A DNA stretch of 64,000 nucleotides, from the NCBI GenBank assembly GCA_047601445.1, contig JASGJH010000001.1:3968001-4032000 (forward strand), given 5' to 3'. The notes beneath the pieces are model-generated. The model had not been told where the DNA came from and searched no databases. It worked only from the letters and a program-made list of their open reading frames with translations. Source of the DNA: Myxococcales bacterium (lineage in GTDB: Bacteria > Myxococcota_A > Polyangia > Polyangiales > DASUME01). A program made the position numbers and the translations under genes. Below are positions 50,319 to 59,793 of the stretch, one piece after another (positions within the stretch are counted from its first letter, which is position 1; each line of letters opens with the position of its first letter).

Positions 50319-50731
50319 ATGGAAGACTTGACCTTCAGCGCTCCCGGACTCCTGTTCCCGGCCATCTCTCCCTGCTCATGCTGGCCTACACGAATCGCTT
50401 CTTGGGCCTGGCCGGCGTGGTCCGCAACTTGATCGCCAAGTACCGCGAGCACCACGACGCTCCGACCGCGGCGCAGGTGGCGAGCCTGCGCCATCGGCTA
50501 CACCTCACGCGCCGCATGCAAGCGCTGGGTGTGCTCTCCTTGAGCCTGTGCGTGGCCTGCCTGTTCGCGCTGTTCTTCGATGCGCAGTTGATCGGACGTT
50601 GCCTGTTCTCGGGGGCGCTCTTGCTGATGTTGAGCTCGCTGGTGCTCTCTCTCCACGAGATCACATTGTCGGTGCACGCACTGGAGATCGAGATCTCGAG
50701 CGTGCTTCCTCCGGAGCAGTCCCAGCCCTGA
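50319..50731 (+). pseudogene. DUF2721 family membrane protein with frameshift at ~50367-50371
   Basis: MEDLTFSAPGLLFPAIS joins LLMLAYTNRF in another frame; two extra bases (TC). Confidence 0.75.
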
Positions 50732-50770
50732 GTCGCTTCCAATGACAAGCCGACCCATCGGCAGCGTTGC

Positions 50771-52408
50771 TCAATACGTCACCCACTGACCGCGAATCTC
50801 GACATCGGATCCCGCACGTGCCGGCCAGACGATCAGCGCCTGACCCGGCACTCCCACTGCGAGCACAGGCTCCCCGCAGCCTTCCCAGGCATCGGGATTC
50901 GGAATGTCCGTTGCGATCGTGCGTGCGGCACTCGCCTGCCAGGCCGTTCCCTGCGGCGCGCCGTTGTAGCCGATCTCGATCTTTGTGCTGTTGATCTGGG
51001 TCCAGAGAGCAAGGCGCCCCCCTTGAGCATCGATATGCATGGCCAGGGATGCGGACGAGGCGACCTGCGATCCTGCAGGAGCGACGGGATCGACCGAGCT
51101 CCAGCTGCTCGTCATTGGATCGTACGTCGCGGAGCCCGGTTGACGCGAGCCGTGGATCAGCCAAAGCGCCGTCGCTCCGTTGCCCGGACCCGAGGCGAGC
51201 GTTGGGGAACTTCCCTCTGCGATCGCAGCCGTCGCCGGCCGCTCAGGCGTAGACCAGACGCCGTCGTTGCTGCGGTTGGTCCATAGGTTGTTGGGCGTGC
51301 CCTCCACGTACTGTTGCCACAGCGTGAGCACGTCGTCTCCGATCTCGGCAATGGCGAGCGCGAGGGGAGACTCAGGGCCCAGCTGCTTGTTCCCGACGAC
51401 GACGGGCGCCCGCCAAGTCCCGCTCGCCACGTCCAAGCTCGCGGCGACAACTGGCTCGTACTGTTGGTCCTGTACCTCGGTCCACACCACGAATGTTTCG
51501 CCTCCGGGCGCCGTTCCCTGCACCCAGTGAGTAACGTCGTGGCCGTCCTGACTAATGGGCTGATAGGGCTCCCAGGTGGACGCCGCGGGCGTATAGCGGC
51601 TTGCAAGCAGTCGCACCGTGTAGTCGGTCGGTCCCGCGCCGGGTTTTGTCGACGACTCACTGTCGGCCCAAACCGCGACGATGCGACCCATCGCATCGGG
51701 TGGGCTCACCTGCAATGGTCCGGAGAACTGGTTTTGCGCGACGAGTTGCGCGTCGTGCCACTTCCCCATCGTCCACGTACGGGCCCACAAGGTCAGCAGC
51801 TGGGTCCAGAAGACCGCGACGGTGCCCTCGTCGTCGATGACGACGCGCGGGTAGGACTCGTCCGTGGTGCTGGCCGGATCGGAGACGAGCTCCGGCGCAA
51901 GCCACTGGTGTTGCTGGCCATCGAAACGGCTCATCCATATCTGGTCGATCGGTGGATCGGAAGAGGCCTTCTGGAGCCAGACCACCGCCGCATCACCGTG
52001 TCGATTGACGGCAACCTGTGGATCGTGACCGCTCGACACGAGTTGGAACGACGCGCTCGGCAGCGTGCCGGCATCATTCTCATGGACCCCAGAGTCTTGG
52101 CGCCCGACCGTCGCGTCCGAGTCTGAGCTCGCGTCGGAGGCCACGTCTGCGTCGTTGCCGGCGTCGCCCGAGGTTGTCGGTCCGTCGCCCCTCGGCATCT
52201 CACCCGGGTCCACGCTCGACGCATCGCCCGCATCCATGTCCGACGCATCGCCCGCGTCCATGTCCGACGCATCGCCCGCGTCGGCGCGCCTCCGATACTC
52301 CTCGAAATGCACGCCGAGCAGGGACTCACAACCGGTGCAACAGAGGAGCGCCACGAGCAGCCAGCTGCGGTAGTTCAGCGAGCGTTCCACGCGAATGGGC
52401 AAAAGCAT
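50771..52408 (-). CDS. Lipoprotein with DAG repeats and repeated beta-blade (propeller-like) domain
   Basis: Lipobox CTGC; repeated P.VA....G...VVW.Q and W..P..V units. Confidence 0.7.
   Translation of the reverse strand: MLLPIRVERSLNYRSWLLVALLCCTGCESLLGVHFEEYRRRADAGDASDMDAGDASDMDAGDASSVDPGEMPRGDGPTTSGDAGNDADVASDASSDSDATVGRQDSGVHENDAGTLPSASFQLVSSGHDPQVAVNRHGDAAVVWLQKASSDPPIDQIWMSRFDGQQHQWLAPELVSDPASTTDESYPRVVIDDEGTVAVFWTQLLTLWARTWTMGKWHDAQLVAQNQFSGPLQVSPPDAMGRIVAVWADSESSTKPGAGPTDYTVRLLASRYTPAASTWEPYQPISQDGHDVTHWVQGTAPGGETFVVWTEVQDQQYEPVVAASLDVASGTWRAPVVVGNKQLGPESPLALAIAEIGDDVLTLWQQYVEGTPNNLWTNRSNDGVWSTPERPATAAIAEGSSPTLASGPGNGATALWLIHGSRQPGSATYDPMTSSWSSVDPVAPAGSQVASSASLAMHIDAQGGRLALWTQINSTKIEIGYNGAPQGTAWQASAARTIATDIPNPDAWEGCGEPVLAVGVPGQALIVWPARAGSDVEIRGQWVTY
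52217..52282 (-). repeat. 24-bp coding tandem repeat (DAGDASDM, ~2.7 copies)
   Basis: Near-identical gacgcatcgcccgc(a/g)tccatgtcc units. Confidence 0.85.
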
Positions 52409-52418
52409 GGCGGGGCTC

Positions 52419-53945
52419 TCAACGTTTCGCGCTTCGACGCCGGACTTCGAGACCGTGCTTCGCGATCAGCCGGTGCAGCACGAAGCGATTCTTGAGGCCG
52501 AGCGCGCGAAACGCCTTGTCGAACGAGCCATTGTGCGCATCGAGCGCGGCCTGAATACGCCCCGGTGTGAGCTCGGCGACATCTGCGTCCGAGGGCGGGC
52601 CTGGCACGCAGTGTAGCGGGACGCTCGATGTGGAGGCGGGCGACGTCGTGGGCGCGTCGAGTGATGCATGGCCGTGCAACTTGAGCTCACCCCGACGAGT
52701 CTCCGTGACCGCCCGCCAAAGCAACGCCTCGAGCTCGCGCACGTGGGCGGTGTACGGGTGGCGCACGAGTGTCGCCATCAGCTCGAGTGAGACCGCGGGT
52801 GCGAGCCGCAGGTCCCCGCTCGGAAAGGCGCGCTCGCGTACGAACGCGTCGCGCTCTGCCATCCTGCGCAAGAGCTGATGAGCCACGAGCGGAACGTCCT
52901 CGCGGTGCGCGCCGAGGTCGGGCGTCTCGATGCGTAGCTTGAGGCGCGCCAGCACGTCGTGCTTGAGTGCCGCCGGGGGCCGATTGGTGGCGCCGACCAG
53001 TCGGAACGACGAAGTGCGCACTTTGGTGTCGCCGAGCCGCTGGTACTCACCGGCATCGAGCACGCGAAGAAGATGCGCCTGCAAAGCGAGCGGCAGCTCG
53101 GCGATCTCGTCGAAAAATAGCGTCCCACCGTCGGCTTCGCCCACGAGACCGGGTCGCTCGGCCATGCCCGAGTTTGGGTAGTTCTTGGCATTGCCGAACA
53201 ACTCGGCGTCCACGAGGGTGTCCGGAATGGTCGCCGCATTGCGCGACACGAGCGGCTTGCTCCCGCGGGCGGAGAGCGCGTGCAGCGCGCGTGCGACAAG
53301 CTCCTTACCGGTGCCGCTCGAGCCGCACACGAGCACATGCTCGACGCGGGCCGCTGCGAAGGCGAGCTGCTCGCGCAGGCGGTGTATGGCGGGCGCCTCG
53401 CCGATGATGCCAACTGCGTCGGGCTCACCGAACTCGCCGAATTGGTAAGACGTACTGAATGACGCGAGCCGAACGGGTCGCCGCGCGCACCAGAGGAGCA
53501 GTTGCTGGCCCACCTGAAGTAGATCACCCGCCCGGACCTGTACGAGCGACGCCACGGGCGTGCCATTGTGCCACAACGGACAGCGCCCAAGGTTCTCGAC
53601 TTCGAGCTGCTCCGAACCGCGCACGGTCAGCTTGAGCTGCTCGCGAGAGAGTTGAGGTGAGCTGAGCGCCGGCAGCGCTACGCTGCCACCTGGCCGCTGC
53701 TGCACGAATGAGACCCGATGGATCCGTTCGGTTCGAAGTTCTCCCTCAGCGGTGCGAGCGGACGCCGACGGCGCCTCGCCTCGCCCGAGCAGAAAATGTC
53801 CGGAAGCCGTTGCAGGCAACAATGCGACCGAGCCCAGTCGCCAAGCCTCGCCGCGACAGTACACGACGACGAGCGCCAGCGCCTCGGGCGCATCACCGTG
53901 AGATGATCGCGAGCCGTCGTCTTCCGGTATCGTTGTAGCGTCCAT
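52419..53945 (-). CDS. FHA-domain sigma-54-type enhancer-binding AAA+ protein with non-canonical L1 loop
   Basis: FHA-like LGRG..LSREQ..NLG; Walker A GSSGTGKE, Walker B LFFDE, VRELE, C-terminal HTH. Confidence 0.88.
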   Translation of the reverse strand: MDATTIPEDDGSRSSHGDAPEALALVVVYCRGEAWRLGSVALLPATASGHFLLGRGEAPSASARTAEGELRTERIHRVSFVQQRPGGSVALPALSSPQLSREQLKLTVRGSEQLEVENLGRCPLWHNGTPVASLVQVRAGDLLQVGQQLLLWCARRPVRLASFSTSYQFGEFGEPDAVGIIGEAPAIHRLREQLAFAAARVEHVLVCGSSGTGKELVARALHALSARGSKPLVSRNAATIPDTLVDAELFGNAKNYPNSGMAERPGLVGEADGGTLFFDEIAELPLALQAHLLRVLDAGEYQRLGDTKVRTSSFRLVGATNRPPAALKHDVLARLKLRIETPDLGAHREDVPLVAHQLLRRMAERDAFVRERAFPSGDLRLAPAVSLELMATLVRHPYTAHVRELEALLWRAVTETRRGELKLHGHASLDAPTTSPASTSSVPLHCVPGPPSDADVAELTPGRIQAALDAHNGSFDKAFRALGLKNRFVLHRLIAKHGLEVRRRSAKR

Positions 53946-54082
53946 GGACAAGTGCAATGTGCCAGAAGGGGTGAGCGTAACTATATACCGCGAGAGCCTG
54001 TAAAGCTTGCCTCGGTACACCAGATCGTGGGTAAGTGAGGGGCGTCTTTCCCGTCCCATTCAATGCTTGGCACTGAGTCCGT

Positions 54083-55576
54083 ATGACGTCGTCGCTCGAC
54101 CTCGCCGCCTCCGCGAATCCCTCCGCCATGCTCGGCCGCGTGCTGTGCAACAAGTGGCGTCTCGTCAGGGTGCTGGGCACGGGCGGCATGGGCAGTGTAT
54201 TCGAGGCGGTCCACCGGAATGGCAAGCGCGTGGCCGTCAAGGTGCTGCACCGCGAGTTGTGCGCGAACCGGCGGATTCGAGAGCGCTTCGCGCGCGAGGG
54301 CTACATCGCCAATCAGGTGAACCATCCGAGTGCAGTCGCGGTGCTCGACGACGACGTCCATGACGATGGGACGGTCTTTCTGGTGATGGAACTTCTGCAG
54401 GGCGAGACGCTCGCACAAAGGGCGCGGCGGCACGGCGGAACGCTGCCGCTCGAAGAGCTCCTCGCGGTCGGAGCGCAAGTGCTCGACGTGCTCGCGGCGG
54501 CACACCGGCGCGGCATCGTGCACCGGGACGTGAAGCCGGACAACATCTACTTGGTCGAGAATTCCGTGGTTAAGCTGCTCGACTTCGGCATCGCACGGGT
54601 ACGCGACGCCGCCGAAATCGGGCTCGATGCTACGCGCGCGGGCGCGACACTAGGTACGCCCGGCTTCATGGCGCCGGAGCAAGCGCGCGCCCGCTCCGAC
54701 CAAATCGATGCGCGCAGCGATTTGTGGTCGCTCGGGGCGTGCTTGTTCACCCTGCTCTCGGGGGAACGCGTGCATCGAGGGGTGAGCGGGAACGAAGTCC
54801 TGATCGCGACAGCGACCCTGGCGGCTCCGACCCTCGCGAGCGTCGTGCCGGACGCCCCGCCCGCCGTCTGCGCACTTGTGGACCGGGTTCTACAGCTCGA
54901 CCGCGACGCGCGCTTCGCGAACGCAGCCGAGATGCAAGCGGCCTTGCGTGCGGTGTGGCGCGAACTGGGTTTCCCGGACGAGCCTGAAGCATTCCGGCTC
55001 GTGCTACCGCGCGAAAACCCCACGACGCTTCCCGAATTGCCGGCCCACGACGATCTTGCGGTGGCCAGCCTCGTTCAATCGCGCGCTCAAGAGCGTGCTT
55101 CTGCCAGCACGCCTGCCAGTCTAGCGCAGCGTCCGCCGCGGGGTCGCGGTGCACTTCTTCGGGGCGCGCTCGCGCTGCTCGGCGTGCTCGCCGTCGTGGC
55201 TTCGCTCGCTGCGCTCGACCGGCGCCCACACAGCCAGGGCGGGCAGGCAGCGCCTGCGGCGACGAGCCTCGCAGTGTCACCACACGAATCGTTCGTGAAG
55301 CCGGCCGACGATACGCCGCGAGCAGACGACACGCGAAAGCCCGACGCCGCGCCCCTGCGGGCGGTCATCGCTCCCGACACTCTTGACGCGAACCGAGCGT
55401 CGAGCGACAAGGCCGTGGCGCGGCGCGCGCGTCAGGTCACGAAGAAGGTAGTGTCCGCCCAGGACGCGAGCGCGGCGGACATCGCCCAGGAGCCGGCTGC
55501 GCCGCCAAGCCTCCCGTCAGCCAGTGAGGCGACGCCGCCCATGACCCGCCCCGACTTCCTCGATCGACGCGAATAG
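54083..55576 (+). CDS. Ser/Thr protein kinase (Hanks type) with TM segment
   Basis: GTGGMG, VAVK, HRDVKPDN, DFG, APE, DLWSLG. Confidence 0.95.
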   Translation: MTSSLDLAASANPSAMLGRVLCNKWRLVRVLGTGGMGSVFEAVHRNGKRVAVKVLHRELCANRRIRERFAREGYIANQVNHPSAVAVLDDDVHDDGTVFLVMELLQGETLAQRARRHGGTLPLEELLAVGAQVLDVLAAAHRRGIVHRDVKPDNIYLVENSVVKLLDFGIARVRDAAEIGLDATRAGATLGTPGFMAPEQARARSDQIDARSDLWSLGACLFTLLSGERVHRGVSGNEVLIATATLAAPTLASVVPDAPPAVCALVDRVLQLDRDARFANAAEMQAALRAVWRELGFPDEPEAFRLVLPRENPTTLPELPAHDDLAVASLVQSRAQERASASTPASLAQRPPRGRGALLRGALALLGVLAVVASLAALDRRPHSQGGQAAPAATSLAVSPHESFVKPADDTPRADDTRKPDAAPLRAVIAPDTLDANRASSDKAVARRARQVTKKVVSAQDASAADIAQEPAAPPSLPSASEATPPMTRPDFLDRRE

Positions 55577-55581
55577 AGCCG

Positions 55582-56511
55582 ATGACACGACTGAATTTCG
55601 CCTTGATGGTTGGCCTCCTTCTCGCGCTCGCGTCGCACGCATTTGCGCAGGGCGCGAGCGACGCGGACTATTGGTTCCGCGAAGGGCGCGCCGCGCACAA
55701 GCGCGGAGACAGCGCTCTCGCCTGCGAGATGTTCGGGCGCAGCTTCGCGGTTCAGCCCGCGCTCGGCACGCTGCTCAACCTCGCGGTGTGCGAGCAGGAG
55801 CTCGGTCGCGCCGTGGAGGCATCTCGCTCGTTCTCGGAGTTCTTGCGGCGCGCAGCGCCGGACGACGACCGTCGCCCGTTTGCGACCGCGCAGCGCGATG
55901 CGGTGAACGCGAGCCTCGGCGCGCTACGCATCGAGCTAGCCGAGAGCGCCGGGGGCTCGGTGTTTATCGACGGCGCTGAGGTCGGTCACAACGCGCTCGC
56001 GGAGCCGGTGTGGGTCGAGCCCGGCGTACACCACCTCGAATTACGCAAGCAAGACACCTCGGTTTGGTCTGCGGACGCGCTGGCTGTTCAAAGCAAGCTG
56101 GCAGTCGTGCGCGTCCCCAACGCCGCCCTCGCGGGCGCACTGAGCGCCTCCGCTACGACCACTTCCGAGCACGCGAACGGCGGTGGTCGCGCGCGCAGGC
56201 GCAAGCTCGCGGTGCTCGTCACAGGCGGCGTCGGGGCCGCAGCGATGATCGCCGGCGCGGTCACCGGCGGTCTAGCCCTCGGCGACAAGCACACGGTGCA
56301 TGACGAGTGCGATGCAGAGCGCACGTGCTCCACGAAGGGGGCGCGCGCGGCACACAACGGCCACGCGTTCGCGACCGCTTCCACCGCGGCCTTTACAGTG
56401 GGTGGCGCCTCGCTCGCATCGGCAGGGCTGGTGTTCTGGCTGGGCGGCGTACGCGAGCAACTGTCGCACGCGCTCGACGGCTTTACGGCGGGTGTGCGCG
56501 GCAGGTTTTGA
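55582..56511 (+). CDS. TPR + PEGA-like domain secreted/membrane protein
   Basis: Signal peptide AFA; FREGR..C..F..S..GTLLNLAVCE; V.IDG..V.PG.H; C-terminal TM hairpin. Confidence 0.85.
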   Translation: MTRLNFALMVGLLLALASHAFAQGASDADYWFREGRAAHKRGDSALACEMFGRSFAVQPALGTLLNLAVCEQELGRAVEASRSFSEFLRRAAPDDDRRPFATAQRDAVNASLGALRIELAESAGGSVFIDGAEVGHNALAEPVWVEPGVHHLELRKQDTSVWSADALAVQSKLAVVRVPNAALAGALSASATTTSEHANGGGRARRRKLAVLVTGGVGAAAMIAGAVTGGLALGDKHTVHDECDAERTCSTKGARAAHNGHAFATASTAAFTVGGASLASAGLVFWLGGVREQLSHALDGFTAGVRGRF

Positions 56512-56698
56512 AGGGGCCCCCCTCTGCCGGCTGCCACCTCCAAGGGGTGAGCCCCCTGTTCGGGCGCTGTCGCTGCGTCGTGTGCCGCGCACCGCGGTGC
56601 GCACATCGGTGCGCGCGCGGTACCGCAGGAGGCCCCCAGAGCACACGCGGACGAGCCGTCGTGCGCCAGCAAAAGCGAATCTGGCACGTCCATTCCGG

Positions 56699-56714
56699 TG
56701 GCCTGCCAGTTGCA
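56699..56714 (+). promoter_or_regulatory. Putative sigma-54 promoter TGGCCTGCCAGTTGCA
   Basis: GG-N10-GC with TTGCA, upstream of the LuxR pair. Confidence 0.4.
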
Positions 56715-56848
56715 ACCCGCCGCTCGGCATGGAATCGCCCATTCGCCGCTGGCCCCCTCGACAACCGCCTCGTGATTTGGCTGCACCCGGAGCGACCGCT
56801 GTAAATCCCATCAAGCCCACGGAACCGTTGCCCCCTCCCGGCCTACGC

Positions 56849-57139
56849 ATGACCCACATCGAAGGTCAGGACGCCCGGCTCGTCGTGATCAGCTTTCCAC
56901 TCGAGCGCGAGCTTCCCAACTTGGACGCGCTCACCGCCGCCGAGCAGGACGTTGCAAAGTCAGCAGCCCGGGGACTGAGCAACAAAGCGATCGCGCAGGC
57001 ACGAGGGACCTCCGAGTACACTGTTTCCAAACAGCTCGCCTCGATCTATCGCAAGCTCGGCGTCGACTCACGACGACAGCTGCGGATGCTGGCAAGCACC
57101 GCTGAGGCCGTGGAGCACGCGGGAGGCGAGCTCTCGTGA
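56849..57139 (+). CDS. Small stand-alone LuxR-type HTH protein
   Basis: LTAAEQDVA..GLSNKAIA..RGTS..TV..QLASIYRKLGV.SR. Confidence 0.85.
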   Translation: MTHIEGQDARLVVISFPLERELPNLDALTAAEQDVAKSAARGLSNKAIAQARGTSEYTVSKQLASIYRKLGVDSRRQLRMLASTAEAVEHAGGELS

Positions 57140-58107
57140 CGGACCCAGTGCGGATCATCGAGACCGCGTACGACTTGGACGCCGACGACGACACCCTGTG
57201 GCTCGCGCGCCTCTCTCGAGAGGTTCGCCGTGACCTGGAGCCAGCCGGGCCCCCGTTTCTCGCCTGGACCTATCTCGTCGACCGAACCGGGTATGTGCAC
57301 CTGCAGGCGGTCGCCCACGAAGGCATCGGCGACGTCGGCAGCCGCACGCTCAGCGTGGACTTGGACTCGGCGGGGCAGGACCTACTGGCCGGGTTCCACT
57401 TGCGTGCAGGGATCCACTACGTGACTCGCGCGCTCCATGCACCTCAGGGAAGTCCGCTCGCCCTCTACTGCGATCGCTCGTTCGAGGCGCTCGGCGCGTC
57501 GGACATGCTGGCCGTGGTTTCGGTGGACCCGAGTCGTCACGGCTGCATCATCGGCTTGCTCCAGAAGGCGAGCGGGGACATCCATCCGCTGGTGCGCCAA
57601 CGGTGGCAGCGGCTGGGAACGCACATTGCGGCGGCCTATCGTCTGCGCCAAAAGCTCGCAGGACGCACACGTTTCAGTGCGCGAATGGAGCAAGCGGAAG
57701 CCATTCTCGAGGCTAGCGGCAAGGTGAGCCACGCCGCGGGGCCCGCAACCTTACGCGGCCCTCGAGACCAGCTTCGTGCCGCGGTGCGCGCCATGGAACG
57801 AGCCCGTGGACCGCTGCGCGCCGAGAACTCGGAAGAGGCGCTCGACGCGTGGCAGGGGCTGGTCGCCGGACGCTGGAGCCTCGTCGATGTCTTCGACACG
57901 GATGGACGCCGCTACGTGGTGGCCCATCGCAATGACCCGGAGGTCACCGACCCTCGCGGGCTCACTCCTCGCGAACGCCAGGTCCTCGGCTACGCGGACC
58001 TGGGACGCTCGAACAAGGAGATCGCCTACGAGCTGGGCTTGTCAGAGGCCACTGTGGCGGTTCACCTCCACCGCGCCTGCCTCAAGCTGGCGTCGCTGCG
58101 GTCCTAA
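57136..58107 (+). CDS. LuxR family regulator with N-terminal sensory domain
   Basis: GTGA overlap; C-terminal LTPRERQVL..GRSNKEIAYELGLSEATVAVHL. Confidence 0.88.
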   Translation: MTDPVRIIETAYDLDADDDTLWLARLSREVRRDLEPAGPPFLAWTYLVDRTGYVHLQAVAHEGIGDVGSRTLSVDLDSAGQDLLAGFHLRAGIHYVTRALHAPQGSPLALYCDRSFEALGASDMLAVVSVDPSRHGCIIGLLQKASGDIHPLVRQRWQRLGTHIAAAYRLRQKLAGRTRFSARMEQAEAILEASGKVSHAAGPATLRGPRDQLRAAVRAMERARGPLRAENSEEALDAWQGLVAGRWSLVDVFDTDGRRYVVAHRNDPEVTDPRGLTPRERQVLGYADLGRSNKEIAYELGLSEATVAVHLHRACLKLASLRS

Positions 58108-59630
58108 AGGTTCTCGCACGCGATGACGGGGGCGTCGCCTGGGGCACTGTACACTTGGGCGTCGCAATCCCCGTTGGAAGCGTGCATGAGCAGCCCTTTG
58201 ATTTCATTGGGCACAAGCAGGGACAACACGTCTCCGGCGTTGGTTGCCACGTGGAAGTTGAACCGCACGCCATTGTTCTTCACGGCATCCCAAGCCGTCT
58301 CCAGCGCGGGGGCCCAACCATCGGACAACCAGGTGCTATCGCGGTCTGCCCCGCAGCAGGTCCCGGACACGGTGTCCTCTTGAGTCCAGACCAAATTCGT
58401 GCCGGCGGGAGGATTGGAGACGCTAACGTCGAACACGTAGTCGTCCGCCCAGAAGCCGTAGTCGTGCACCTGTCCCCGCCACACGAACCATCCGTTGCTC
58501 CAGACCGTGAGCCACGCCTGACCGTTCTCTTCCTGGATGTCGAAATAGTCCGAGGCGAACTCAAGCTTCTCGATCGCCGGCCAGATCAGGTTGGGGTACC
58601 AAGTTTGTCCCAGCGGCTTGTTCTGAAGCACGCACTTCGAGAGCACGGCCGGCGTGAGCGGATTGGGGCTCTCACCCTTCACGTCCGCGCAAAACTGCGG
58701 GAGATAGCCGCCGCCAAACCCGTTGGCCAGCATCGATCCGGCCAGAATCCACTTCTGCAGATCCGAGTTGTTGCACCCTTGAACCTGTAGTGCGGCATTC
58801 GACGCGCCGCTCGCTGCGCCGATGCAGTTGCCGGTGGTCGTCAACAAGTGATTGTTGGCGTCGAAGTGAAACCATTGTGCGTTGGTTCGGTTGCACTGGA
58901 AGTTGTCGAGCGGAGTCCCCGGCAGATTCTCGAAGTCGAGCCACACATCCAGGCACTGCAAGTTCGCATTCGCTGGACCGTGTGGCGGAGCATAGTAGGG
59001 ATGCGGCCCGGAGGGGTTCGTCGGGGCGCCGAGGCCGTTCACGAACATGAGGTTGAAGTCGATCGGCAAGAACGATTTGTTGCCGCCGTCCGAGCTCGCG
59101 CAATCCGCGATCGCGATCGGGGAGCCGTTGTCCCAATTCAAGTTGCTCACGCACTTGTCCAGGTGCTGCGCGGGCGTGAGGTGGCCGAAGTTCCACGTCC
59201 ACTCTTGAAGCGCTGTGCCGTTGCATTTGGCGAGCCACACCGCTTTCGTCGTCACGTCGGACTCGACGCAAAGGTCGCCCATCTTGAGGCGACCCTGCAC
59301 GCCGTCAGGGGCCGTGTTGTTCTTCGTCACCGCCAGGGTGAAACGATGGCTCGACGCGACGCCGCAATCACCCAACTTGAAGCTGGATCCCATGGCAGCA
59401 TTGGCGTTGGTGGGGACGATGCAGAGACCGTTGGGCGCCTGGAAGCGTCCTCCACCCGCCGAGGTCAACGCCGCTTCGGAGCCATGTACCTCGCCGTGCT
59501 CCGTAGCCGTCGGATCAGCCGAGTCTTCTCCCGTTTCGTCGGTCAGTCCATCCGCTTCCGCAAGTTCTCCGGCACACCCGGCCATGCCCATCGCGCCGAC
59601 GATGATGAGATCGAATAGTTTGTATCGCAT
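58104..59630 (-). CDS. Ricin-type beta-trefoil lectin lipoprotein (two trefoils plus unknown C-terminal domain)
   Basis: Lipobox MAGC; repeated CL(D/V)...C...QxW (QEW, AQWF, QKW, QTW). Confidence 0.82.
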   Translation of the reverse strand: MRYKLFDLIIVGAMGMAGCAGELAEADGLTDETGEDSADPTATEHGEVHGSEAALTSAGGGRFQAPNGLCIVPTNANAAMGSSFKLGDCGVASSHRFTLAVTKNNTAPDGVQGRLKMGDLCVESDVTTKAVWLAKCNGTALQEWTWNFGHLTPAQHLDKCVSNLNWDNGSPIAIADCASSDGGNKSFLPIDFNLMFVNGLGAPTNPSGPHPYYAPPHGPANANLQCLDVWLDFENLPGTPLDNFQCNRTNAQWFHFDANNHLLTTTGNCIGAASGASNAALQVQGCNNSDLQKWILAGSMLANGFGGGYLPQFCADVKGESPNPLTPAVLSKCVLQNKPLGQTWYPNLIWPAIEKLEFASDYFDIQEENGQAWLTVWSNGWFVWRGQVHDYGFWADDYVFDVSVSNPPAGTNLVWTQEDTVSGTCCGADRDSTWLSDGWAPALETAWDAVKNNGVRFNFHVATNAGDVLSLLVPNEIKGLLMHASNGDCDAQVYSAPGDAPVIACENL

Positions 59631-59793
59631 ACTAGTTTCGCCTTCGGTGAAGAGTGGAAGAGCCGCGCAGCTGCCATCACGAGCAGCCACGCAATCCATC
59701 CCAGCCCTATCACCGCCTGCGCGGGTCGCTCCATGGCAACCTCCTTTAGTCGTTGCTCCGGCGCACTCGGGCCGCGCAGCCGCGCATTCGCCT

